Assembly (NCBI GenBank): GCA_900617105.1 | Contig: UYFQ01000078.1 | Location: forward strand, 1 to 64,000 | Reading direction: 5' to 3' | DNA from: Hydrurus foetidus | Taxonomy: Eukaryota | Length of the DNA: 64,000 nucleotides | Part shown: positions 1 to 10,713 of the stretch, piece after piece | Layout of the letters: each line of letters begins with the position of its first letter | Numbering within the stretch: position 1 is the first letter of the stretch | Notes under the pieces: generated by a model | Seen by the model: the letters and a program-made list of their open reading frames with translations, nothing else | The model's database searches: none | Told to the model about the DNA's origin: nothing | Translations under genes and position numbers: made by a program

Positions 1-216
1 TGTGGCCTAACTATGGGCTCTGCGGTGGGTCTGATGGGACAGGGCGCGAGGGCAAGAGGAAGGCAGCTGTTGTGCTGGTGCTATTGGCTAAAGATGTGGT
101 TAGCTTACAGATAAACACAGAGATAGGCAAGTCATGAATCGGATGGCTCGGATCGTCCCCGATCCGAACCGAACGTACGCCGGTACCCGTACAGCTGTAC
201 AGCTGTGCGGGTCACA
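1..216 (-). repeat. 3' LTR of the gypsy element
   Basis: Direct repeat of 7227-7445, differing by 4 substitutions and one 3-bp indel by eye. Starts TGTGG and ends TCACA on the + strand. Confidence 0.95.
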
Positions 217-233
217 ATGGCCTCCCTCTCTCG
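217..233 (-). promoter_or_regulatory. Polypurine tract (plus-strand primer) of the gypsy element
   Basis: Minus strand reads GAGAGAGGGAGGCCAT immediately before the 3' LTR start TGTGAC. Confidence 0.8.
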
Positions 234-377
234 AAAAAAAGGGTGTACTAAATTTTTCATGAACAATTTATCTATGCTTAAATACTAACATATAACTACT
301 AATTCACGTTGAACATTGAGTTGTTGTTTTTTTGTTTTGTTTTTTTATAAACCTATATGTTTTATACTGTATATCGG

Positions 378-835
378 TTAACGATAATTTTCAGCGAATT
401 TACTTGGAATCAAGTGTTTTAGGTTTTTAGCAATTAAGAACTCGTGGACTTTTTCAGCGTCACGCATGTTTTTCCACGGTTCCCAAGTGTTTCTGTCGTG
501 GGGATAATTTAGCCACTTGACGTGAAACTTTAATGTTCCCACGACTCGGATGTTTCCTTCCATTGCTAGGATATCTTCGATAAAGAACTCGAGATAATCT
601 CGTCGGGCGATATCGGTTAGGTTGACCTTTGTGGGGTCAAACTCAAATTGTTTTATATTTGATACATGGTATCTTTTTTCGCGGTTGGTAATAAGATCGA
701 GTAGTGTATACTCGTCGAGATCGTTTGCGACCACTTGCATGGGACCTTTCCATAAAGTGTGCATGCGTGTTGGTTTTGATGTGCGGTGGGTAACCAGTAC
801 CAACGAGTCGATTTCGAACGTTGTGTAGTCGGTGG
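378..835 (-). CDS. Integrase C-terminus: GPY/F-like motif plus chromodomain (frameshifted from pol near 835)
   Basis: WKGPMQVV motif, then FFIEDIL...KFHVKWLNYPHDRNTWEPWKNM, a typical chromodomain. Confidence 0.9.
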
Positions 836-3341
836 AACCGCCTGCTTTCGTTTCTCGTCCGCTTCTTTGAGTAGTTCAGCAGTGATTCTGATGAGTTCAT
901 CTTGCATCTGCATAATTTTCTCAGTAGAATGGGTGACATGAGCCATGTCTAAGTTTATCTCATCTCGAGGGAGAAGGATGTTGGCATCAAGGTCAATAGC
1001 ATTGCCGTATATAAGCTTTGCTGCTGTTGACTGTGTCCGTACGTTGAATGTCGTATTTATAATTCGTTGTACGAATGGTAAAATTTCTCGGTAGTTTTCC
1101 GTAGTTGCACGGTCAAATGTAAATGCCGTGATGTGTCGGTTAATTTCCTTATTCATACGCTCTACTATCGAGTTTTCTTGCGAAGAGTATGGTAGAATAA
1201 GGTTGTGTGTTGTACCGGCAACTTTTACAAATTCCTCGAGGATTTTGTTTACGAAATGGGAACCGTTATCGGATCGCAGGAATTTGGGAGCTCCGTAGCG
1301 ACCGATGTGTTCTATTAGGCCTGTTACGGCCGATTTTGCAGTATTATCAGTTGTGGCTGATAGTTCGACAAACCTTGTGAAGGTGTCTACCATAACAAGG
1401 ATGTATCCTTTATCCGGGAATGGACCAATAAAGTCTATGTTTATGCATTCCATAGGTGCATATGTTGATGTTGTGAAACGATGGGTGACGGGTTTTTGTT
1501 TGTCAGCAGACATCTTTTGGCAACACGGGCATTGTTTAATGTATGCTCTTATATCGTGTCTCATGCCTTCCCATACTTTCCCTATTTTTTTTAGGTTTCG
1601 CAAAGTGCGATTGAATCCTCCGTGCCCAACGGTAGAGTTGTGGACACGCATTAAGTATGCATATATTTCCGCTGCAAGCGGTTTGCAAGTTAGGATTGCT
1701 GTTATGATGTGTTTCGGCATCTTGTTTTTACATAGGCGTGACATTGCGTCAGCGACTTCATTATTTTTCCCAGGGATATACCCTATCGTAAAATCTAATT
1801 CCTGTAGCGCACAGCGCCATCTTCCGACCATCTCATTTTTATCCTTGTGCAGGAAAGTAAGATTTTTGTGATCGGTCAGGATAGTAAACTTACGATCTCG
1901 TAGCAGGGCGTCGAGATAGTCACAGCAAAAGTAAAGGGCGTAAGCCTCTTTTTGTATTACGGACCATTTCAACTGGGTCTTGGTAAGAGATTTGCTTACG
2001 AGAGCGACGAGTTGTTTGACTCCGTCGACTTCTTGATATAAATAACCACCTATACCGTAGTCAGACGCATCTGTCATGAGGGTAATAGGTGCTACATCGT
2101 CGATGAAATATAATAAGGGACTCTTGGAGATAAGATCTTTGACTAACGTAAACGCGTCGGCCGCTTCGTCTGTCCAGACAAGCAATGTTTGCTTTTTGGC
2201 GGCGTGATCTATCATTTTGTGTAGCGGTGCTACCACATTTGAGTGATTTGGTACATGATCCCTAAAGTAATTGGTGAGACCGAGGAACGAACGTAGTTCA
2301 GTTGTCTTTCTTGGCATCGGAAAGTCAGTCACACCCGTTATCTTTTTGGAGCTCATTGATATACCTTCCTTAGATATTTGTCTACCAACATATTCAACTA
2401 CTTTGACGTTAAGTCTTAGCTTTGCAGCCTTGAGTGAAATGTTTTTATCTTCTAGACGTTGAAACAATGTTTCTAAACGTTCACAGAATTGGATGTGTCC
2501 ATCAGCATATATGATGATGTCGTCTAAATAGACTTCACAGATGCTGTATATAAGGCCAAGTAGTACTATTGACGCCATCATCTGTTGAAAGTATGATGGG
2601 GCCATCTTGGGACCGAATGGTAGTCGTGTGAATTGGTATATACCCATAAATGTTATAAATGCGGTAAATACTTGTGCCGCCAGTGTTATTGGGGCTTGGT
2701 GGTATCCGGCCGTAAGGTCGATTACGCCGAATACGTTTGGCCGTTGCGCGCCAAGTCTGTATAACATTTGTTTTATATTTGGGATCGGCCAACTTGCAGA
2801 TTCGGTTGCCTCATTGAGGTTCCTGTAATCTATGCAGAATCGGAGTGAACCGTCTGGTTTATTTGCAAGTATTACTTGGGAGTAATATGAGGCATCGGAT
2901 GGTTTTATTATTCCCTTTTTGAGCATTGCTACGATTTGTTTTCTGATTTCCTCTTGTCGCATCGTTGAAGCGACTCTGGGAGCACCCCGATTACGGAAGT
3001 GTTTCCATTGAGGTATGTTTACCTTTTTGAAATCAAAAGGGGAATTCGAGCGGGTTCTGGACCCAGCTCGTTTTTGAAAAGCGATTTGTGTTTTATGCAA
3101 ATCGCTTTAATTTCGGCAATCTCAGTTGGTGTACCATCGATATGTATTAAATCAATTAAGTACATCGAATCGTTGTTTTGATTGTCTTGAAAAGGAGCGA
3201 AGGTATCCTTCGACTTGTAGTCGATCCCTTCCTTATCACGGAAAGACCGAACCTCAGGGAGGTCTTCGTCTTCCTCCCTAAGTAGAGCTGCCGCAATACC
3301 ACGCGTTTCGGTTGGTGTTATGGATGAGGGTGTAAGAGTAG
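835..3341 (-). CDS. pol: Gypsy pol (RT, RNase H, integrase core), interrupted by apparent frameshifts near 3345, 3040 and 835
   Basis: RT: FCIDYRNLN, IDLTAGYHQ, RLPFG, VYLDDII. RNase H: TDASDYGIG. Integrase: HHCC (VHNSTVGHGG...CPCC) and D-D-E (IDFIGP, SDNGSHF, VERMN). The segment 3341-3040 is open in another frame and joins these parts. Confidence 0.93.
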
Positions 3342-6300
3342 CTACTCTCTTACGCCTTTTGGTTTTACACCAGATCCATTCTGACGCGGAAGTGGCAACA
3401 CTAGTGTTGTCAAATTGGTGGTGCGTAGTATGGACTCATCGGAAGCAAGCTGAGCAACTGCCGTCGCTGAGCTTGTAGAACACCCGCATGAAGAGTTGCA
3501 AGTCTTGTGTGTACAAGCACCTCGAGCTACCAGGTTATCCTGCCGGGGAAAGTCTGTAGTCGAGGGATTTATGCCCTCCATGACAGAAATGCCAGGAGGT
3601 AGTGGGGACCCTGGATCAGCTATTTTACTTTCCTTTTGGACAGTGTCCTTTTCCGTTAGTAACGGTAAAGGAATTTCCGTTTGGATTGTGTCTGCTGACG
3701 CTGATTCGGCTGATATTACCTCGGGGGGTAGTTCGGTGTCTATGAGTACCGTGTGTGGTACTTGTGCATCGTCCTCAGCCGAGAACGACACCCTTTGTTT
3801 TTTTAGCGGTGAAGCTGGTATCGCACTAGGCGTTATTTTATCGAGGTTCTGGAAGAACTCTGGTATTATTTTTACCAAATTTAAATTTTTTATAGTCTGT
3901 AATCCTAAGATTAGGTCGACTTTTGACTCCGGAGCTATTCGGACAGGAAGACTAAAAGTGTGTTTTAAATCGCTTTTATTAAATGATACAACAATATCAA
4001 GCACATTTGTAGATTCTACACATTGATTATTTAAGCCACTACACATCGACATGGGTGAGTCGGAATTCCTCAAGTGCGTTTCGCCGCGGAGGCCCCGAAG
4101 GACTCTTCCGTTGATAACGTCCCCGACTTGACATCCTGTGTCGATTTGGGCTAAGGCTTCCATGCCTCTAGTTTGGCACGTATTGGTTGGAGGAGGAGGA
4201 AGACGAGGAAGATTTGTGTCTATCCCCCTCCTTGCTCTCCGCCTGGTGCGAGTTGTCCCTGCGATCGTCAGGTCGGTCGCGACTTGGTTTGAAATTTGCG
4301 ATCGGATCTGTGGTAGAGATATGTGAACTTGTAAGAAATCATCTATGTTTTCAGTTAATACAGCTGATAGAAGTTGTTTCATTGATGGTAAATTTCGAGC
4401 GTACTCGATTATGTCCGTAATTGGGTTAGCAAGTTGTGACTTACTTTTTCCCTTGTAGTTGGAGCTCAACTTGTTCGTGTTAGAACGATCGTTGTCCCTA
4501 TCCGGTTGAGTCTGGTTGCTCTTGTACTTGTTGTACTTGGTGTTGTTGTTGGTGGCCAGCTTTTGTTTCTTGGTCGGACGGTCGTCTTGGGCTCTCCCTG
4601 GAGGAGAGAAGTCGTTCTCAACATCGTCAGATGGATACACGTAGGTAGCTGCCCCGGGATTGTTGGTGTCCCGGGTAAGTTCCCCGTTGATGTACACATT
4701 TGGTACGAAGAATTCGTGACCAATCCGTTTGAAGTCCTTTGCCTCCTCAGACTGCGACCAAGTGCGATGGCTACGGTTGCAGTGAGGGTTCATGTGGTTT
4801 TGGCATTCGTAACGGTTGTGTCCCTTTTTGCCACAGGTGTGACAGAAGTTGGTCGCCCGGCTGAGGCCGGACGACTCAGGGTCCACCTGACGTTTTGGGA
4901 TTGCCTTGTAGGCGTTAGCCGAGTGGCTGTCACGGTGAGGTGCGACCTCAGCGTCGTCTTGGTCGGTTGGCGTGAGCTTTGACTCGAAGACGAAGTCGAG
5001 ACCTCCCATGTCCTCCGCGTCTTTGATCATCTGGCGTGCTTCGCCCAGCATGACGACAAGACGCGTGAGCATTTTGAAGATGGTATCTTTCCCGGTCTTT
5101 TTCGTCTTACGTTTTGTCTTTGCCATGAAATTGTCTGTAAACTTGTTGTTCTTTGGCAGCTTCTTGTAGAAGGCCTTACAGATATCATTTTGCATGTCGG
5201 CATCGATATTGTCGTATGACGTCCAGAATCCGAGTAGGATGTCACGGAACTCAGAGAGAGCTCTGTCTTCAACGGAAGGATCTTTCCAGCTGATGCGGAA
5301 TTTGCAATTCTTCAACTTCATTTCGAAGTCGAAATGGGAAGACGTACGTTTGTTTTTGTAAAAGATCTTTTTAAGATCATTTGCAATGTTCTTTAACGTT
5401 AACGTTTTGCCTTCGACCGTTGGCCAGGCGAGACAAGTCTTGGTGTTGTAACCTGTCTCGCTTTTGCATCGAAGCAACTGGTCGCGGATCGTTTGGATGG
5501 CATCCATTTCGATTAGCATTTCCCAACTGGTTAACATACCGGGGCGGTATGCTTGTTCGTAAAACGCTCTTGCTGCTTTATCAGCGTCGTCGAGAAGTTT
5601 TTCTCGAGTGAGGTAGTACGCCTCCTTCATGTTGATGATGGAGGTTTGCAAACCCGCTTTGCGTTGTGGAGGGGAATCCTCTTCCGAGTTTTCCGCCTTT
5701 TGTGCGCGGTGTGTTTTACCGGATTTGGCATCGGCTTTGGTTTTCACCTTTTTGTCCTTTGGGGCGGGTTTGGGACCCGCCTTTGGGGACTTTTTCTTGG
5801 CAAGAGGTTTTATCTTAAGGGACTTCTTGTCCTTGGGCTTAGACTTTTCGGGTTCGACCTCCTCGTCGTCTTCGACTTCGACTTCGGCTTTCGCCTCATC
5901 GTCGTCGCTGTTGTCGTTCCCGTCGTCGTCCCCGTCACCCTCTCCGTCGTCCCCGTCGCCACTACTTGCGTCGGACTCGTCGGAGGAGCTGTCGGGGTTG
6001 CCACCATCGCCTCCCGTGTCGTTAACGTCGTCGACGTTACTGTCGTTGTCGTCGTCGGACTCGTCGGGGGGTTTGTCGTCGTCGTTGTTGTTGGCATTGT
6101 CGTCACCGTCGGCGTCAGCCTCCGGATCTGACTCGGCGTCGGCCTCGGCCTTGCCGGTGTCGGATGCCTTTTTTGTTGTGACTTTGGCGTCGACTGATGT
6201 TTCGAACAGATCGTCCTCTGCACCGATTTGTTGCAGTCGCGGAGGGAGCATCGAGGTTTCTCCCCCTCTTTTTAGGTACCCGCGGGTATCGAGAGGGGAG

Positions 6301-6677
6301 TCTGTCTCGCCCTCGGCTTCCTCGGGTGCCAACCCGAGGAGCTCGTCGTTTGAGGGTTCTAAAGCGTCGGCAGCAGCTTGTGCAGCAGCTATTTGTGCTT
6401 GCTCTAGTCTGTGAGCATCTTGCATTTCTTTTGTTGCTGCCATGACGCTTTGGAAGAAAATTTCTTGATCCTCAAGACGAGTTGGGGTAGCCGAAACATG
6501 TATTGCTTCTTTGGCCAGAGCCTGCATCGATTTCTCGATGTTTTGCTTTACAAGGGCCTGCTCCGCTTTGTGCTTCTCCTTCTCAGTGAGAGGAGCACTG
6601 CGCGAAGCGCTTGGAGCTGAAGAAATAGAGGCGGCTGCGCTAGCAGCCGCTTTCTTCTTTATTTGGGCCCTTGTCAT
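3342..6677 (-). CDS. gag: Gypsy Gag-protease polyprotein (1111 aa) with a long acidic D/G/E-rich N-terminal region
   Basis: CCHC knuckle CHTCGKKGHNRYEC and aspartic protease AQIDTGC...DLILGL. Confidence 0.88.
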   Translation of the reverse strand: MTRAQIKKKAAASAAASISSAPSASRSAPLTEKEKHKAEQALVKQNIEKSMQALAKEAIHVSATPTRLEDQEIFFQSVMAATKEMQDAHRLEQAQIAAAQAAADALEPSNDELLGLAPEEAEGETDSPLDTRGYLKRGGETSMLPPRLQQIGAEDDLFETSVDAKVTTKKASDTGKAEADAESDPEADADGDDNANNNDDDKPPDESDDDNDSNVDDVNDTGGDGGNPDSSSDESDASSGDGDDGEGDGDDDGNDNSDDDEAKAEVEVEDDEEVEPEKSKPKDKKSLKIKPLAKKKSPKAGPKPAPKDKKVKTKADAKSGKTHRAQKAENSEEDSPPQRKAGLQTSIINMKEAYYLTREKLLDDADKAARAFYEQAYRPGMLTSWEMLIEMDAIQTIRDQLLRCKSETGYNTKTCLAWPTVEGKTLTLKNIANDLKKIFYKNKRTSSHFDFEMKLKNCKFRISWKDPSVEDRALSEFRDILLGFWTSYDNIDADMQNDICKAFYKKLPKNNKFTDNFMAKTKRKTKKTGKDTIFKMLTRLVVMLGEARQMIKDAEDMGGLDFVFESKLTPTDQDDAEVAPHRDSHSANAYKAIPKRQVDPESSGLSRATNFCHTCGKKGHNRYECQNHMNPHCNRSHRTWSQSEEAKDFKRIGHEFFVPNVYINGELTRDTNNPGAATYVYPSDDVENDFSPPGRAQDDRPTKKQKLATNNNTKYNKYKSNQTQPDRDNDRSNTNKLSSNYKGKSKSQLANPITDIIEYARNLPSMKQLLSAVLTENIDDFLQVHISLPQIRSQISNQVATDLTIAGTTRTRRRARRGIDTNLPRLPPPPTNTCQTRGMEALAQIDTGCQVGDVINGRVLRGLRGETHLRNSDSPMSMCSGLNNQCVESTNVLDIVVSFNKSDLKHTFSLPVRIAPESKVDLILGLQTIKNLNLVKIIPEFFQNLDKITPSAIPASPLKKQRVSFSAEDDAQVPHTVLIDTELPPEVISAESASADTIQTEIPLPLLTEKDTVQKESKIADPGSPLPPGISVMEGINPSTTDFPRQDNLVARGACTHKTCNSSCGCSTSSATAVAQLASDESILRTTNLTTLVLPLPRQNGSGVKPKGVRE

Positions 6678-7226
6678 CGGACTTTTGTCTTGAGTTTGAA
6701 ACGTCTTGATCTTGGGGTCTTGGACAGCGACGGAACTCGGACGCGGCGCCCTATGGAGCTGAGGATGTGATCCCGCAGCTATGATGTCGTGGGATCGTAG
6801 GATCCTTTAAACGATGGAGTTTTTGGTGGTTTACTTTTGCGCGATTTCGTCGGAAATCGCTCGAAAAGTTGCCTGGCGTTTTGAACCTATCAAGGAGCTA
6901 AACAGCGGGCGTTTTGGCCAGCTATCGTTTCTCTAACGATGGGACTTGCTTTTGCTCGACTCAGAGCTACTTGCTTCGTTAGGCTTCGAGTTTTGAAGCC
7001 GTCACGATTTTGTCTCGAAAATCTCGACGACTCGAGCTTTTTAACGAAAGCGTTTCAGAGGCTGTCGATTAGACGTAGCCTTTGTAGTGTCTTTCGACGT
7101 TGTTTTCACTTGTTTCCAAGTTACTAGCTTGTTTGCACGCCGTTTTACGGGTCGTGGCGATGTTTTTGGAACGCTTTTTGGAACTGGTCTCTAAAAAGAG
7201 CACCAAGTTGGTCCAAATACTAGTAT

Positions 7227-7445
7227 TGTGGCCTAACTATGGGCTCTGCGGTGGGTCTGCTGGGACAGGGCGCGGGGGCAAGAGGAAGGCAGCTGTTGTG
7301 CTGGTGCTATTGGCTAAAGATGATGTGGTTAGCTTACAGATAAACGCAGAGATAGGCAAGTCATGAATCGGATGGCTCGGATCGTCCCCGATCCGAACCG
7401 AACGTACGCCGGTACCCGTACAGCTGTACAGTTGTGCGGGTCACA
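7227..7445 (-). repeat. 5' LTR of the gypsy element
   Basis: 219-bp copy of 1-216. The right flank GCACC is the expected TSD; the other flank lies outside the window. Confidence 0.95.
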
Positions 7446-10285
7446 GCACCCCCATTCTCTTCATTTTCACCCCTATTCCCCTCATGTCTGTCGTCAGGAA
7501 TGGCGATGTCAGCACCCCCAATTTCTTCTGGTTCAGCTAAGTCCGGGTTGGGGTCACCGTGTCCGAATATCAAGGAAGGATCGACTCCGTCGTTCGTCAC
7601 GGTTTCGAATTTATGAGGTAGACTATCACCCACTTCACTCTGCATGCTGTATGTGGTTGGCTTTTTGGCTAACTCTCCCTTCCCTTTTTCTCTTCCGTCT
7701 TTGAGAGCGAACTCGTTCATCCTTTGAATAACTGATAGTGGCATAGGCAGTACCCGAAACTGATCTCTATTTACTAATCTTCCAGTGACTAGCGATAACA
7801 TCCGCACAGTTCCAGTTCGATTTCCGAGTGGCAGCATCACCACGCAGTCCTCAGTCCTCCCCTTCATGGTGCTGTCTGTGTTGGGTACAGTGCACTGGAC
7901 GTAGTCTCCGAAAGAACATCTGAAATCCTTTTTTCCGTCAGCCTTACGCCCGATAAACGCCTCTCTTGGACTGGGTCCCCATTCTAATACTCCGTACGGT
8001 TCGAAGTTGAGCCGGGATACGCAATACAGAATACACATCGCTATTCCAATACTCGATAGAGTGAATGGCAGATGATATGCTACGTAAGACCGTAGTCGTT
8101 CCTTAATCACTCGAATTCTCCGTTCTACCCTGGCGACATGACCTCCAGCGCCGCTAATGTCCACTTCGATGCCCAACGCCTCAAGCTCAGGTATTAAACT
8201 CGTCACCCCTCGCTCTCCATCGCTCATGATCATCTTGGTCTTGAAATTCTGCGACGCTAGCGTCGTGACAAAATGGTCGATTCCTCTCTTGACGTTCTTT
8301 GCTGCTCTTACTGCTTTATTCATCTCAAGGTGATTGAGACTGTATGCGATAGTCAATCCCAGAGGAGTCGCCATGCCAATTAGTGTAGCTGTCTTGTCGA
8401 TGAACATGATGTCTATCGCTAGGATCTGATCCTGTTGTACGATCGTCGCGTTGACAGTGATATCTGCTACGGGTGTCGCTCTCTTGGTAGTCTTTCCTTT
8501 GAGAGAGGCGATGTCGACTCCCCATATCGCGTCGGCTATTTGGAAGTCTCGAGCCGTCACTTCGAAGTTGCTTCCGGAGTTCACGATCGCCATTGCCTGC
8601 GCGACAGTGGGAAAACCCATCCTTGCCAACATTTCCCTTGCCTTCCGTGCTTGCTCGATCTCCCTCTTTGTGAATGCCTTCGCGTTGTTCTCTACTGTAG
8701 CTACCATCGCTGATTCCTTCATCACTTCTCGCCAATCACAGCTGTAGAACCTACCCTCACTGCCGGGTATATTCTTCCTGCCGAATTTGTATATGCTTGT
8801 ACTATCACGCGGTTGTAATGTAAAGCAATCACCATCGTGGTCGTATCTTACTGCCGCACCCGAGTCGACCTGAGAGGCAAAGGACAGCACATTAGCGGAC
8901 GCTGCTGCGCTGTAGAACACACGACCCAGCTCTCCAAAATCTCCCTCCTCGTTGACAGCGACCCCTTCCCCTAACTGGATCCCACCAACATTAATCGTCC
9001 TTTCTGATTTCCTTAGTCCAGTAAGCAAATCTCCATTGCTAAAAATATTGAGAGACGCCTCATTGTCCAACAGCACGTCGTATCTTGAAAATAGACACGC
9101 CTCGACAGTAGTGATTAGTGCTACGTCGATGTCGTCTGAGTCGATGTCGTCCGAATCGGTTGTAGTAACATGAGCTCTCTCCGACGACGATTTCCGCTCA
9201 CTGCAATTCCTCGCGTAGTGGCCGTTGAGACCACAGACATGACACGTAATGTCAGTTAGAGAAGTTTTCTTCTTAGTGCCTCCGGTTTTACCCGGTACTT
9301 TCTCAGGATCTTTAGCGGTCACAAGTGCACCGTCTGTCACAAACGCCGCTGGTTTCACGGCCCCACCTGCGTATGGGATGTGCTCACTACCCATCCACTG
9401 TGACGCCACACGGTAGGCACTCGCAAGGGTCTTGGGGTAGGCGTCCGACACGCACCTGAGTGCGTCATTCTTCATTTCGTCATGCATTTTCTTGTATCGT
9501 CTTGGATCTAGCTTCATGATGAAGTCAAGCGCTCTTCGCGACTCAGTTATCGGTGCGATCCGGACTCCGTCGTTCGCAGACACTTGTTCGTCGAATCTCA
9601 CTTTGAAGGTTGATATGAACTCCCGCTCGCCTTGTCTGAGCGAGTTGTACTTACTCTCTTGTTCGTGCATATTGACATCGTTCATCGGGTCTGAGTCCCC
9701 GAATATGTGTGTAAGATGCGTCTTCCTGATCAGTGCCCAGAGTAGTACGCAGTCCAATGTCAGGTACGCTTGTTCATAATCCTCTTCCTCTCTCACTCTA
9801 CTCTGCGACGCTGGAGACATACGTCTCCACATCATTGGATAGACTGTACGTTCGTGCTCCTTTTGCGCCTTGAGGTCCTTTTTCCTTTAGATGTAGTCGT
9901 CCTCGCGAAACTTGATCCTCGCCCTCTCGGCGACCTTTCGCTTGCGATCATTCCGCACTTCTCTCGCTGCAGCTCGCTCCGCTTTCTCGGCGGCCAGCGT
10001 TGCGATCATTGCCTGTGGTAAGGCCGGTGCTTCGACCCCCTCCTCCTCCACCTCGGATTCGGAGCTTTCACTTTCTTCGTCTGAGTCAACTGGGTAATCC
10101 CTCATTGACGTCCTTGGAAGTTCGTATCTCTCATTTGTTGTGAAGAACATCCCGATGATACCGTACAGCTCGGTTACGATCGTCTGCATATGTTCCTTCC
10201 ACTTGATGACGTTGTTGTGCTTCCCGTAAAGAAGCATGCACTCTTCTGCGCTCTTTACTGCTTCGGGAACACGTTTCGGAGGCAT
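7446..10285 (-). pseudogene. Copia-like Gag-PR-IN polyprotein with one in-frame TAA at 9887-9889, truncated before RT by the insertion
   Basis: ORFs 9887-10285 and 7361-9835 are in the same frame (17 sense codons between them). Motifs: CHVCGLNGHYARNC knuckle, VLLDNEASLNIF protease, and integrase triad IDIMFI / MSDGE / VERRIRVIKE. Confidence 0.85.
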
Positions 10286-10309
10286 TTCAATGCCGACTCT
10301 GTCTAATTA

Positions 10310-10613
10310 TGTTGATGAATTCGAGTTCTCGTAGCCGACGATGGTACTTGGAGCACAGCGGCGTGAGTTCGAGGCGATCAAGACTCGTGAAATAAGATCT
10401 ATCGTATCAGTGAACACTTGTTAATTAGACTGTGTCGTAGTGGCCAACAAGCCTCTAGTCCATTCGAATTCATGCGATCAAAGTCTAATCTACTGTTGAA
10501 CTTGCGATGCGTGCAGATATAGTCCTCGTACGGACATGCACTAAACCGTACTTCCGTACGTAACCATAAGTACACGCATTGTGTACGTGTCATATACTCA
10601 GATATACTCAACA
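10310..10613 (-). repeat. Probable 5' LTR of the copia-like element (304 bp)
   Basis: Bounded by the perfect 6-bp terminal inverted repeat TGTTGA...TCAACA and ends 24 nt upstream of the gag ATG. The partner LTR is outside the window, so the boundary is inferred. Confidence 0.65.
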
Positions 10614-10713
10614 TTCACAATGTAATTAATAATCGAATGGTCTATTTGCTGCACCTAATTATATGATTTTAATGCTAAAATAAAATTCCCGTCATTCCTA
10701 GTCTGGTCCGGAA

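Larger units (their letters stand above)
1..7445 (-). mobile_element. Full-length Ty3/gypsy LTR retrotransposon, chromovirus type
   Basis: Paired LTRs at 1-216 and 7227-7445 with TGTG...CACA ends. Domain order is gag-PR, RT, RNase H, IN, chromodomain. A polypurine tract lies next to the 3' LTR. Confidence 0.96.
7446..10613 (-). mobile_element. 5' part of a Ty1/copia (CoDi-like) LTR retrotransposon interrupted by the gypsy insertion
   Basis: Gag, PR, IN order with no RT before IN. The ORF runs directly into the gypsy LTR at 7445. Probable LTR at 10310-10613. Confidence 0.88.

Noticed and set aside
830..3045. Programmed frameshifts near 3040 and 835 in pol
   Set aside because: They fall within pol with no evident recoding signal, and the one near 3040 is in a homopolymer run. 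Decay or sequencing indels are more likely.
5553..6445. Long + strand ORFs antisense to gag
   Set aside because: Shadow frames of GC-rich, low-complexity codons.
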